Source of the DNA: Octopus sinensis
Taxonomy: Eukaryota
Direction: 5' to 3'
Assembly (NCBI RefSeq): GCF_006345805.1
Contig: NC_043003.1
Coordinates: 63,178,001 to 63,242,000, forward strand
DNA length: 64,000 bases
Made by a program: the position numbers and the translations under genes. Shown here one piece after another: positions 14,406 through 26,140 of the stretch (position 1 is its first letter; each line of letters begins with the position of its first letter). The notes under the pieces are model-generated. The model did no database searches and was not told the DNA's origin. It saw only the letters and a list, made by a program, of their open reading frames with translations.

Positions 14406-15670
14406 CTCTTTCTATTGTAGGAACAAGGCCTGAAGTTTTGGTGATAGGGGCTAGTTGATTTCATTGACTCCAGTGCACAACTGGTACTTATTTCATCAAC
14501 CCTGGAAGGATGAAAAGCCAAGCCAACTCTGGCAGAATTTAAATTCAGAATGTAAAGACAGGAAATTCTGCAAACCACTTTAACCAGAATGCTAAAGGTT
14601 TTGCCTACTTGTCACCTAAATAATAATAATGATGATGATGATGGTGGTGGTGGTGGTGGTGGTGGTGATGATGATGATGATGATGATGATGATCCTTTAT
14701 TCTATTAACACAAGCCTGAAATTTTGGAGAGGAGGCTAGTCAATTACATTGACCCCAGTGTTTCACTAGTTCTCAATTTATTGACCCCAAAAGGATGAAA
14801 GGCGAAGTCAACCTCGGTGGAATTTGAACTAATAATAATATTATATGTAACCAAGAATATCAATTAACTTTACCAGGAATGATGAGTTTTATAAAATTAG
14901 GAAGTACAATGGTAACTTATTTGATTAACAAGACCATAGAAAAATATTAAATATTCAATGAATTATTTAGACTTCAACCTTCAAATTGTTCATTTAATTA
15001 AATGGAACACCTCAGAAAAAAAAATTAATCATGACTTAGAAAACAGTTTTTCATTTTTCAAGAACTTTTATTGTACCTTGACATAGACTATTAATTATCT
15101 TCAGAAAGAACTGTATTTGCAATATCTAATAGATTGTGACCTGGTCTTTTGGACTATGAATATTGAGCTATATTTTATTTAGAGCAATTCAATGTCTACA
15201 TGTCCAGTCACCAACCATTTTCAAAGAATAATTTATAGTATTAGACAAACTACAGACTTTCATTCAGATTTATTAACTGCCTGGATATCCATTAACAAAT
15301 CAGATGGTACAGCAGACAGTTAAATCATTCCCATGGGTATTTGAGCAGTCTTTAAATAATTTTATATTTAGATAGATAAATATTTTATTTGACTATCAAA
15401 TATATTACATTTGTAATTATATATTTTACAGTAATGGAGAGTTTAATATAATTTAGTTGTGTATATGTCCATTTGATGAAATAAAAGAGTGAACTAGCAA
15501 AATGAATAAGTTATTGGATTGCTATTTCATATGTCATGGAAAATAACACAAGAAAAATTTAGTCTGTCAGAAGCTAACAGACTCATAAGGTCAGAGCTTT
15601 TGCTGGTTTCTGTGGCTTAAAAGCAGCAAAGAAAATGTTGCTTGTGTTGAGGGTCACCAATGTCACTTAC

Positions 15671-15771
15671 TTTTTGGCAGTGCCGTAGCTGAGTTGCAAT
15701 CATAGTTGCTCATGTCCAGGATGTTAGTTGATTGCCTCTTGTCAGCAGGTCTGTGGTAATGACTGGTTGAG
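15671..15771 (-). CDS. Orphan candidate exon (STSHYHRPADKRQSTNILDMSNYDCNSATALPK), product unknown
   Basis: Acceptor cgttttcattcatcag, donor gtaagt; 101 nt open in one phase only (2 to 1); unique sequence; no partner exon found. Confidence 0.3.
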
Positions 15772-15910
15772 CTGATGAATGAAAACGTTTTTTTAGGACT
15801 ATATGAAGGGGTAACTGACAACCTCCACAAACATTTAACAGAAGGTTTTTATTATGCCCAAAGGGTTTAACTGTGTTGGGCTTTTACAAATGACGACAGC
15901 AATAATTACA

Positions 15911-16150
15911 TACGGGGATTGGCACTCTATTGGTTATGACCACTAGGGTTCCAGTTGATCCGATCAATGGAACAGCTTACTCGTGAAATTAGCATGCAAG
16001 TAGCTGAGCACTCCACAGACCTGTGTATCCTTAATGTAGTTGTCAGGGTGATTCAGCATGACACAGATTGTGGCAAGGCTGGCCCTTTTGTATTACAAGT
16101 ACTTTTCAATTTTGCCAGCTGAGTGGACTTGGGCAACAAGAAATATAAGG
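15911..16150 (-). mobile_element. SINE family D fragment
   Basis: Reverse complement of the 3' part of 60755-61125; further copies at 18295-18625 and 18645-18860. Confidence 0.8.
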
Positions 16151-16299
16151 CGGCGAGCTAGCAGAATCGTTAGCACGGCAGGCAAAATGCTTGGCAGTAT
16201 TTTATCTGCTGCTACGTTCTGAGTTCAAATGAAAGGTGATATTTATGTGCCACCAGCATGGATGCCAGTTATTTGACATCAGTATCGCTCTTAACAACG

Positions 16300-16560
16300 A
16301 TTCCACTTGGCTTGACAGGTCTTCTCACCAAAGGCCTCGGTTACTAGTCATTGCCTCTGTGAAGGACATGCTTTACCAACTTGTCCCATGTCTTCCTGGG
16401 TCTACCTCTTCCACCATCTCTCCACAGTTATAAATCAGCATGTCTTCACACAGCCGTCCTCATCCATATGCATCACATGACCATACCAACACAGTTGTCT
16501 CTCTTGCACACCACATCTGATGCCTCTTATGACCAACTTTTCTCTCAAGGTGCTTACACA
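16300..16560 (-). pseudogene. RTE-clade LINE 3' fragment
   Basis: Minus translation resembles RRLxWYGHVMxMDEDxCVK...GRGRPRKTW; second copy at 52620-52920. Confidence 0.7.
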
Positions 16561-16575
16561 CACACAAGCATACAC

Positions 16576-16608
<33 letters not shown>

Positions 16609-16680
16609 AACACGTAAATAAATATAATGAGTGCATTGAATTACAAAAATAATATTTCAAGGATTAGATAAAAAGAACAC

Positions 16681-16984
16681 AACAAACAGAAAGTGTGACA
16701 AAACCATAGTGCACAGAAAATTCACAGCTGATTCCTCATCAGTCAATGTCCAAGAGATCATAATGGTTTGGTGCTTTTAACACTGATACCATTCTTTCTT
16801 ATATGTCCTTGTCTTATATGTTCTTCATTATCCATTCCTGGTAGCTTTTTGCTCTGGTGCTGCCAAGACAGAATGATATCAATGTTAAAAGCACAAAACC
16901 ATTATGATCTTTTGGACACTGACTGATGAGGAATCAGCTGTGGATTTTCCAAGTACTATTATTTTGTCAACTTTTCTGTTTGTT
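16681..16984. repeat. Inverted repeat (~115 bp arms) carrying a CTGATGA HHR core half
   Basis: Arms 16681-16794 and 16870-16984; ctgatga at 16923 followed by a ggaa/ttcc stem; GAAA eroded. Confidence 0.75.
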
Positions 16985-17019
16985 ATGTTTTTGTTAAATT
17001 TTCCATTTCTGTTGTTCTT

Positions 17020-17065
<46 letters not shown>

Positions 17066-19268
17066 GATAGAGAGGGAGGGAGAGAGAGAGAGAAGGTGGG
17101 AGAAGCAGACAGACGGATTTTATTCAGTGCTTAATTTACTAATTACTGCTCAGTGTTTCACATTCTCAATCATCAGGAGAATGGTTACAGGTTTATTTGA
17201 ATGCCATTTATTTATTACTTACTCCAGGATAAATCTAGCAAATTCTATTTACAGGACATTTGTCAATTTGATGCTGTGGCTGAAGATACTTGTGTCATTT
17301 CCAAACAGTGGGATTGAAACAGGAATCACATGTTCCAGAAGCAAACTTCTTAACTACACACTCACAACCATGCTTATTCTCATGTTTAAACAGTGCACCA
17401 TTAACCTTCTCAGACCTGTGTCTATCTTTACCTTCCACCTGGGTTCCTGGGCAAAAAAATAAATGGTTGCATATACAGTCAAGAGTAACGATTGCAGGCA
17501 AACTAATGAACAGAATCACAAACAAATTCTGGAGGATAACTGTAATAAGCCTGTCTCTCAACTATCATATTTGTTCACCTGAATCACTACTTTCCTCATC
17601 TCTTTCACCACTTTGATTCTCCAAATCACTCTCATTGCCAGCATAAGTGTAAAATCTGTGTCTAAAGAATAAACATCATTAATAATTTCCTCAACTGTCA
17701 AAAGTTTAAGCCTTGCATTTTTTACAAGACAAAGTGCTAGATTTGTCACGCACTTGTTTCACTGCAAAATTAGATTTGCTTTTCAATTAAAAACGAAAGT
17801 AAATAACAGTTATGAGGGACACCATTGACAATTAGTCATAAACATACTTGACTACAGAGCTACTATGTGATGAGTTGTTCTAGTTTAGTATTTTATCTTC
17901 TGTATCTACATATGTTGTTTATTACCTCTTTACTAGGGATCCAGCAGAGATGATGTTTAAACAGAGATGATGTATAAATTCTTGCTATATCAGAAACTTG
18001 GCACGACAGGGTTGACTACAAAAACTATTATGACTATCACTACGGTTGGACCACTTTACTATATTTGAGAATAAGGTTTAAATGGTTTATGAAACCTTGA
18101 TGTCAGGGGTGACTGCTTGTTTAAGAGACTAAGAGTTTAAGAAGCTCACTTCACAACTATGTAAGTTTAGATTTAGTTTCACTGTGTGGTATTTATGCAA
18201 GTGTTTTCTGCTTTGGTCCCTAGCCAACTAACCAATGTCTTGTGAATAAATTTGGTCTATAGAAACAGTGAGGAAGCCTATTGTTTATAAAAAGGAACTG
18301 ATGCTCCATCGGTTATGACAATGAGGGTTCCGGTTGATCTAATCAATGGAACAGACCGTGCATGAAATTAATGTTCAAGTGATTGAGCATTGCACAGATA
18401 TGTATGCCCTTAATGTAGTTCTTAGGGAGATTCAGTGTGACAGAAGATGTGACAAGGCTGGCCCTTTGAAATACAGGTACTACTCATTTTTGCCAGCCAC
18501 ATGGATTGGAGCAATGTGAGAGAAAGTGACTTGCTCAAGGACATAATATGTTACTGGGGAATTGAACTCACAATGTTATGACTGTAAGTCGACTACCCTA
18601 ACTACTAAGCTGTGAGCCTCCATTTTATCATACAAAGTGGTTGAGCATTCGATAGACACCTGTACCCTTAACACTGTTCTCAGGGAGATTCAGTGTGACA
18701 CAGAATGTGACAAGGCCGGCCCTTTGAAATACAGATAATACTCATTTTTGCCAGCTGACTGGACTGGAGCAACGTGAAATAAAGTGTCTTGCTCAAGAAC
18801 ACAACACATCACCAGGAATCGAACACATAACGTTACAATCACAAGCTGAATACCTTCATCATTTAGACACATACCTTTACTATTCTTTATGTGTGTGTGT
18901 GTGTGTGCATATCTTTGTGCTTGTGTTTGGCCAGCCCCACCACTTGACAACTGATGTTGGTTTGTTTACATCCTGTGTCTTAGTAGTTTGGTAAAAGAGA
19001 ATGATAAAATAAGTATTAGGTTTTAATTAAAAAAGTAAGTATTGGGATCAATTTGTTTCGTTAAACCCTTCAAGGCAGCACCTCAGCATGGCCACAATCC
19101 AATGACTGAGACAGCTAAAGGAATACCAAGACATTTTGATTCTATAGTATGGAATATGCCTCAAAGTTCTCTGTATTAAGAATGGTACGACAATGATTAG
19201 CTCAAATTCCCCTAATTGCAAATAAATTCCAATAATTCAATACCCAAAATAATAATTTTGGGGAATAA

Positions 19269-19316
<48 letters not shown>

Positions 19317-19373
19317 ATATATATATATATATATATAAATGGAGTGAAACGCAGGTATTATTCAAATTCTTTT

Positions 19374-19462
19374 ACTTCCGATACATGTTTCAAAGATATC
19401 ACTGGTATTATTCCAACAGAATAAAATGGTGGAAAACAATGTAATCTTCTCTTCAGGTAAGT
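19374..19462 (-). ncRNA. Decayed hammerhead fold in a PLE 3' UTR
   Basis: acttac-CTGAAGA-gaagat...atcttt-GAAAC-atgt-atC-ggaagt; lies downstream of the PLE endonuclease C-terminus on the same strand. Confidence 0.5.
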
Positions 19463-19741
19463 GAAGAAATGAAACTCGTCAATAAGACATTTTAAAAGAA
19501 AATGATGGATATGTATAGTGATTAACTGAACGCTATTAAGATTGTTTCAAAAAAACATTATAGGATATAACGACAAAGGTAGCCTATAGAAAGAGGAGGG
19601 ATAAAGGAAAGAAAAACTAAATAAAACCATATAGACTTGGAAAAAGATATATCTAATAAATGTGAAATGTAAGAAGAAAATTAATGCTTAAATTATATAT
19701 AATGATAGATATTACTTACATGAGCTAAAGGTGTGTTTCTG

Positions 19742-19930
19742 TCAATGTTTACATAAGTATGCACATTCTATAACCGTGTTTACAAGGGGATTTTTAAAAA
19801 AAAGAATAAAAAATAGTTCCGAATTACAGAGAAGAGAAAATTCCTTGCCTTGGTCATAAGGTATCGAGATTGAAAGAATCAACCAATCTAAATTAAATTG
19901 ATTATTGTGGTCTTTTAGATCCCAAATCAA
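19742..19930 (-). pseudogene. Penelope-like GIY-YIG endonuclease C-terminus relic
   Basis: IWDLKDHNNQFNLDWLILSISIPYDQGKEFSLLCNSELFFIL...CAYLCKH resembles the PLE C-terminal pattern IWELKD...WxIL...PY...CxLCxxEKxFIL...CRH. Confidence 0.65.
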
Positions 19931-19938
19931 TATATATA

Positions 19939-20010
<72 letters not shown>

Positions 20011-21700
20011 AAAAGTAAAAGAGTCAAAAGCAAGAGTAAGTACGGTTAGGCAGCTTTTTAATTGCTACAAATGTTTTGATACATACAAATCCTTATATAT
20101 TGCAACTCATATTGAACATGATAACACACTCATACTGAGTGAATTGAAACCGTCAGCATTTGTTAGATTCAAAGAAGAAGCCAATATGTAGTCTTCTATC
20201 TCAAGGGAGGGGCCGTAGAGAACTTTGTGGATAGTTGTGAAGGTTGGGAACAGGTGGTCCCGACATGCATGGACAGTCCAAACTGGCCTCCACAGGTGGC
20301 TGCGGAGGTCATGAATGAGAGTAATTTTTATAAAATAATTGATTACTTTTCTAAGGAAGAGTATAACTATCTTTTCTGGGTTCCTGACTTGCTGCTGCGG
20401 GATTGCCTGAAGGCAGCAAGAGATTTAATCGGGGATGATTGATAAGAGGCTTAGCACCTCAATTTAATGTTTCTTTTTTTATTATGAAATATAATGTTAT
20501 TGTAAGAAGTTTATTACCTCATTTGTGTTTTTTTGTTTTTCAAAAAAAGATTTTAAAAATATGTTTTAGAGAAGGGAAGATCAACGGGCGTCTTTGTCTT
20601 CTCCCATTAATATCATCCTTTTCATCACTCATCTCATTAATGTCTGTGTCCAGCCTGCAAGCTTCTCCCTCTATGTAATGCCTTTACAGCAAAATTTTGA
20701 AATAAAGAAGCCATGGATGTTGTAGCATGGAAATCTAAATTTTGCTTACGGAGACAGCAACTGAGTATCGCCTGAGGAGATGCATATAGATCTTCTTATA
20801 CAGGTAAATTGTTAAATAGTTTAATTTAAACTCAACTTTAAATCCTGTATATACAAGGATCTGTATGTATCGAAACATTTGTAGCGATTAAAAAGCTGCC
20901 TAACTGTACTTACACTTCCTTTTGACTCTTTTACTTTCACACACAAGAAATACCTAAGACTAGATCTGGTAGCATACCATAAGAATACTACCAGCTATTT
21001 AGGAATTCTAAGGATGAACGAGCACTATTTGTACACTTATACGTTCCTAACAGAATACACCTCAACTATATATATATGAATATCATCTTATAAAAACATA
21101 TGGTATTATTGATAAATGTAAAATCTCTTCATTCTACAGAATCAGATTTATTAAACAAAGTCAATAAAGGATGAATTGCTTGATTAAATCAAATATCACA
21201 AGTATCATATTTCTAAGACAGAAATAGCACCACTTCCTGATATTTAAGGCAAAGGTTATTCAACAGAGAAACATGAAATATAAGTCATTAGATCTGACCT
21301 TCATATTGTACAATCAGTGTTGAAAGATAAACATTTTAATAAGAAGATCTGGACAGTTTAAAAAATGAAAAATTTTCCAAGATAAAAATCTCTAAAGTAA
21401 AACATTTAAATGTACAGCAGCTAAAAGTAATAGATTTCACCCTAGATAATTCTCAGGTGCTCATATCACATGATCTCTGAATATCTTCATATCGGGATCA
21501 ATCTTCTGTGACAAAGGGAATTACTTTCGCTCTTTTATAACCCTTAGGTGATATCAGCACAGCAATAAATTTTGTGTGGGCAGGAAAACTTATGTACAAC
21601 ATTAATAAATACATTCTTAAACTGTCCTCTGATGTTCACCGGTTTCCTGCATCCTCTTTTCTTCAAATATTCAGTGGTATATTCTGGGTGATATGAGTAG
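20011..21700 (+). mobile_element. Penelope-like element relic: inverted 5' piece, pseudo-LTR with HHR, decayed ORF N-terminus
   Basis: 20011-20100 is an inverted copy of 20849-20940; 20105-20260 reads HDNTLILSELKPSAFVRFKEEA..SISREGP (EN C-terminus-like); 21440-21590 reads ISSYRDQSSVTKGITFALL*PLGDISTAI (PLE N-terminal KGLxFA-like). Confidence 0.6.
20767..20888 (+). ncRNA. Type I hammerhead ribozyme, core intact, long stem II
   Basis: Stem I ATCGC/GCGAT; core CTGAGGA; 14 bp stem II plus 8 bp extension; GAAAC-attt-GTA; predicted cleavage after 20883. Confidence 0.85.
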
Positions 21701-21817
21701 TATTTGATGATACCATCTTTAATCTGTTTCTTGTGTTGTGATATATTGTGTTTGATTTTGTTATGTTCCACTCTTATTACGTACAACTTAAGCCATATGA
21801 TATAAAATATTGATATA

Positions 21818-21845
21818 CATAACGTTTCGCTTCACTTATCAGATG
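21818..21845 (-). ncRNA. Minimal HHR-like fold with core mismatch
   Basis: cat-CTGATAA-gtgaagc-GAAACGTT-atg; C3 opposite A8 and a very weak stem II. Confidence 0.35.
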
Positions 21846-22210
21846 ATTGAACGCATAATGTATTATTTACAAACATAATCTGTGCAAAACCAGATATGGA
21901 CACACAGAGACAACTATAAATTTACAATTTCCTTCACACACACACACCCATATGCAAAGACACACTCAGACACACATGTGCATGCATATACATACACATA
22001 TACATGCGCACACACACACACATTTAGAAAGAAAGGAAGAGAGAGAGGGAGAAAGAGAAGTATGTGTACATATGCATATATATTTGCATGCGTGTGTATG
22101 TATATATGTACATATAATGTGTATATGTACATATAATGTGTATATGTACATATATGTATATATATACATACATATATGTACATATATATATATATATTTG
22201 TACATATATA

Positions 22211-22258
<48 letters not shown>

Positions 22259-22751
22259 TACATACATACATGTACATATATATATATATGTATATATATA
22301 TACATACATACATACATGTACATATATACATATACACACACATATGTATATTCTTTTATTCTTTACTGACTTTGAGTTTTGGGTTGCTGCCATACTGGGC
22401 TACAACCACCTAAGATTTTAATTGATAATATCAAACCTTGTACTTTGATCTCTTGTATTTATAGACTTTAAATGGTTTAAGTTCTAATTTGGCACTAGTG
22501 GGACACAAGACAGGCTAAATACTACACCACAGTAATTTTTGTTGCTTGGTTATTCCCCACATACACATTATTATCAGTTTCAACATCATTATTGTTTTTA
22601 AATCTGCTTTTTCACGGTGGCATGAGTTGGATGGGTCTTTTTCAGCCAATGTTTTATCATTAGATGTTAATGTTTTTTAGTCACCTCTTATGACATACAG
22701 GGATATGGTTTAGCTATTCTAATAATTGAGATATGCCGAGTATTATATATA

Positions 22752-22789
<38 letters not shown>

Positions 22790-22791
<2 letters not shown>

Positions 22792-24148
22792 AAATATTAG
22801 GGAATAAATCCAAACTTACAGGGAAAAATCAGATTTAGGATTAAATCCAATTTTATAGTATAAATATATTATATTATATTATATTAAATTAGAGATAAAA
22901 CCACTATTAGGCAAATCAAACAATGAAAAACATAAGCCAATACATAAAATTAATTAATTTATATTATTTTAAATATATATCAAAAGTATTAAAAGTTTAA
23001 TAAAAGATAAAGAGTAAAACACTACGATCGTTTCATGGCTGTACAATTCGTAATAATTCGAGTTATGGTTACAGTCAATCTTCAGGTTAATTGAAATATC
23101 TAAAATATAATCAGAAATATTTAAACAATATTTTTAAGATATAAATAATATAATAATTTTACTTATAATAAACTCTATTATCAAACTAGAAACATAAAAC
23201 TTAACAATTATGATTATATCAAAATTGACTATAATGTTAAATATTAATTTTAATTTATAAGGTAGGAAACCCACCAATAATCTAATATCGGTATTAGTCT
23301 ATATCTAATTACATAAATATTTAAAAATGACTAATATATATAAATCATCAATGAAAATATATAAATGTATATAAATATTAAGATCTAAAATAATCTCTAT
23401 AAATAAATATATATGCACATATAATAAAAACCTAATAAATTAATTTTTCAAATTTAAAGATGAAATAGCTAATTTCAAAATACAAATAAACAAACTTAAA
23501 CAAACTTTCGGAAATCTTATGTAAAATACTTATAGAAATAATCAATTCGTAGTAATATAGTATCGAATAAATACTATAAATATAATTATCAATGGGAATA
23601 ACTAGCAGATATCAATTTAAAGAAATAACTAAGTTATGCTATTAAATTAGACATGGCCTGGACCAATCTTTAGTCGAAACATATCTAAGCTTATCAAAGT
23701 TTATCTAATTTAATTATAAATTTAAAACTATAATTAATACTATTAAAACATGTATATACAAAAGCCTAACTTAATACACCTCGTATGCTTGCTATCAAAT
23801 AACAAATCTATCGCTAATTAGTATCTTACGAATAAACTTAAATTTAATATCTAATAATATAGAAAATTACGATAATTAGATCATTACATAAACAACGATA
23901 TTTACATAAGGAAAATATTATTACACCAAAGACTTATACAATATCAAAATTTACAATTTGAAGATCTTAAATATAAATAAATACTTATCTTAGCGAGGTT
24001 TAGCAATGGACTAAAATTTTGAATCGGAAAACGTCTTTACAGTGTTTATAAGAATACTCGTGGAATTACGTTATTAGCAAAAAAAAGAATAACTTGTTGA
24101 AGAATTCATTAAGCGTGATGAACCTACGCTTTATCAATATATAAATAC
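22790..24148. mobile_element. Very AT-rich decayed Penelope-like relic
   Basis: HHR-like fold at 23018-23090; weak GIY-YIG-like trace (MGITSR...IRHGLDQSLVE) near 23590-23690; orientation unresolved. Confidence 0.4.
23018..23090 (-). ncRNA. Hammerhead-like fold
   Basis: CTGAAGA-tgactgta...tacagcca-GAAAC-gatc-GTA; helix III palindrome ACGATCGT; weak stem I. Confidence 0.55.
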
Positions 24149-24640
24149 AGGGTGCAGTGAATAAACTGTCGTTTAAATAATGCAAAAATGAAAATGACAC
24201 CAACATCTCATTTTAACAGATATATTTAGAAAAATTACATAAAAATATCTTGAAATACTAAAGAGTAAATTTATTCAATAAAATCACTATTGGCTTCAAC
24301 CATGGCCTCCAGATGACTTTGGAATCTCCTGCAACTGTTCTAGATGGTCTCCTTGTTTAACTTGGTGAATGCTGCCATAATCCTTGCCTTCAGTTCATCT
24401 TTGGTGTTACAAGGAGTTTTGTTAGCCACTCACTCAACAGCAACCCACACATAATAATCAAGTGGGTTGCAGTCTGGGGAGTTAGGGGTGATGTGATTGC
24501 AGAAATTGTCTACTTGTGTGGCATGGTGCAGAGCCCTGTTGTCAGACGTAGGGTTTTCCAGCAGTCACTCTCATGACCCAGGGCAGCACTACCTCCTCCA
24601 GGCACTTGATGTAGGCCTCTTAACTCCCCAGACTGCAACC
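24149..24640 (-). pseudogene. Tc1/mariner transposase C-terminal relic with terminal inverted repeat
   Basis: AYIKCLEEVVLPW ... PNSPDCNPLDYYVW ... CNTKDELKARIMAAFTKLNKETI; end cagggtgcagtgaataaa next to TA. Confidence 0.8.
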
Positions 24641-24764
24641 CCCTTGATTATGAGGTCACAACAACCAACAAGAGTAAACAAGAGAGACTGAGACAGGCAA
24701 AAACAAGGAAAATGCTCCTTGTATTTGAATACTATGCAAATATTCTTCGAAAATACTTTTCATT

Positions 24765-24883
24765 CAACCTAAGTGATACGCACGGACTGCAGTTTCTAGG
24801 TATTTGCCTGTCTTTGGCGTATGGCAATCACCGGTTTTCGATGAACTGCAGTTTCTAGGTATTTGCCTCTCCCTTCATCGAAA
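24765..24883 (-). mobile_element. Short insertion related to the 40210 mini-element, 10 bp TSD
   Basis: acttttcatt at 24755-24764 and 24884-24893; shares cctaagtgatacgcacggact and aatcaccggttttcgatg; internal partial tandem plus terminal inverted piece. Confidence 0.75.
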
Positions 24884-25739
24884 ACTTTTCATTTAATTTT
24901 TCCAAAATTTAATTGTTTTCCATACTTACAGTTGAAAAAGCCTCAATGACTGAAACTGGTACTGAAATGTTTTTTATAAAATTATTTTAGCATTTTCTAC
25001 CTTGTCTTTTTTTCCATAATATATATATATATATATATATGGGGAGAGAGGAGGAAAGAGAAATGAACAACGAGTTTGGTATAAATTTAGATAAGAAAGT
25101 AAAGATATACTAAATACTATACAAGATGAATTCCTGGTTTATAGAAAACATCTTTATATCAAGAAAATGTAAATAAACATCATGTCACACTCCAAATGAG
25201 AGGGAGAGTTTAGCTAAAGAAATCAACACCAATTTACTGAATTCAAATGGTATAAAAGAAAAAACAATTTTTTTTTCTTTCTGGCAGGAGAACAGCTGGA
25301 TGACAGGGCATTGATAGAGTTGATAGAAACCTGATAAAAAATTTCCTGTAGTATTTTATGATTCACTTTACATTCTGGGTTCAAATCCTGCTGAGATCAA
25401 CTCTGCTTATTCCTCTACTTGGAGTGATAAAATAAAAATTGATTACAATTTAAATATTAGATTTTAATCAAGTGACCTTTGTCTCCAGAATAGTAGATTA
25501 GAGGGCAAGTTAGTGATCAAATTAGAAAAGACAATTAAAAAACTCATTAACAATAGGATCATGGCAACAATGACCTTCAACCGTTTCTTCAATGCAAAAT
25601 ACAAATATAAAATTGTGAAATATCTTATGCATACTCTTAAATACAAAGGAATGAAAGTCATTTGATAGGCCACAGTGGTAGAAATTCAATGTGGGTAACA
25701 GAGTCACAATTAGTCTTTGATGAAAAGGTTCAGGCCTGT

Positions 25740-26140
25740 ATGACTCAATTCATTGCAGATGTGTGTAGTTTGCTGGGGACATTTTGCACAACTGTTCTAG
25801 GCAGGTGGTTGACTGATAATAGACTTTAGAGCCTGTGTGGATGGTTTCTTACAGCTGTTGGCTGTTGCAGAGTGGTTGTGTAAAGTCTATAGTAGCAACT
25901 GAGATACAGCTGGCATTAAGTGGCTGTATGAGGGACAAATCATCCAGTTTGGATGGTCTGCCTTGCAAATCTTGTTCATTGAAGTCTTGGCAGATGTCTA
26001 CTGCAACTAACAGTAGAATGGGGGAATTACCATTTCTGTGGCCTGAGGAGTGGTAACACTTTTGTAAAAAGGGTACAGACAAAGAAGAGTAACTTATCAT
26101 TCCAGTTTTATAACTTCTCAAGACTAATGGCATTTATGTT
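25740..26140 (+). pseudogene. L1/Tx1-type LINE RT N-terminal relic
   Basis: EIQLALSGCMRDKSSSLDGLP ... ADVYCN*Q*NGGITISVA*GVVTLL*KG, similar to KSPGxDGLP...GVITLLxK. Confidence 0.65.

Noticed and set aside
17220-17760. Acidic stretch resembling a piggyBac N-terminus, plus splice-like signals
   Set aside because: Needs frameshifts, no catalytic motifs, and phases incompatible with the 15671 exon candidate; left unassigned
20167-20442. 92-codon plus-strand open frame (includes ORF 20227-20442)
   Set aside because: Lies inside the inferred PLE pseudo-LTR; an overlapping frame better resembles an endonuclease C-terminus; no homology recognised
21544-21786. 80 aa minus-strand ORF
   Set aside because: Antisense to the decayed PLE N-terminal trace; no motif recognised
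25290-25336. Possible terminal exon GEQLDDRALIELIET*
   Set aside because: Good acceptor, but too short to support without an upstream partner or transcript data
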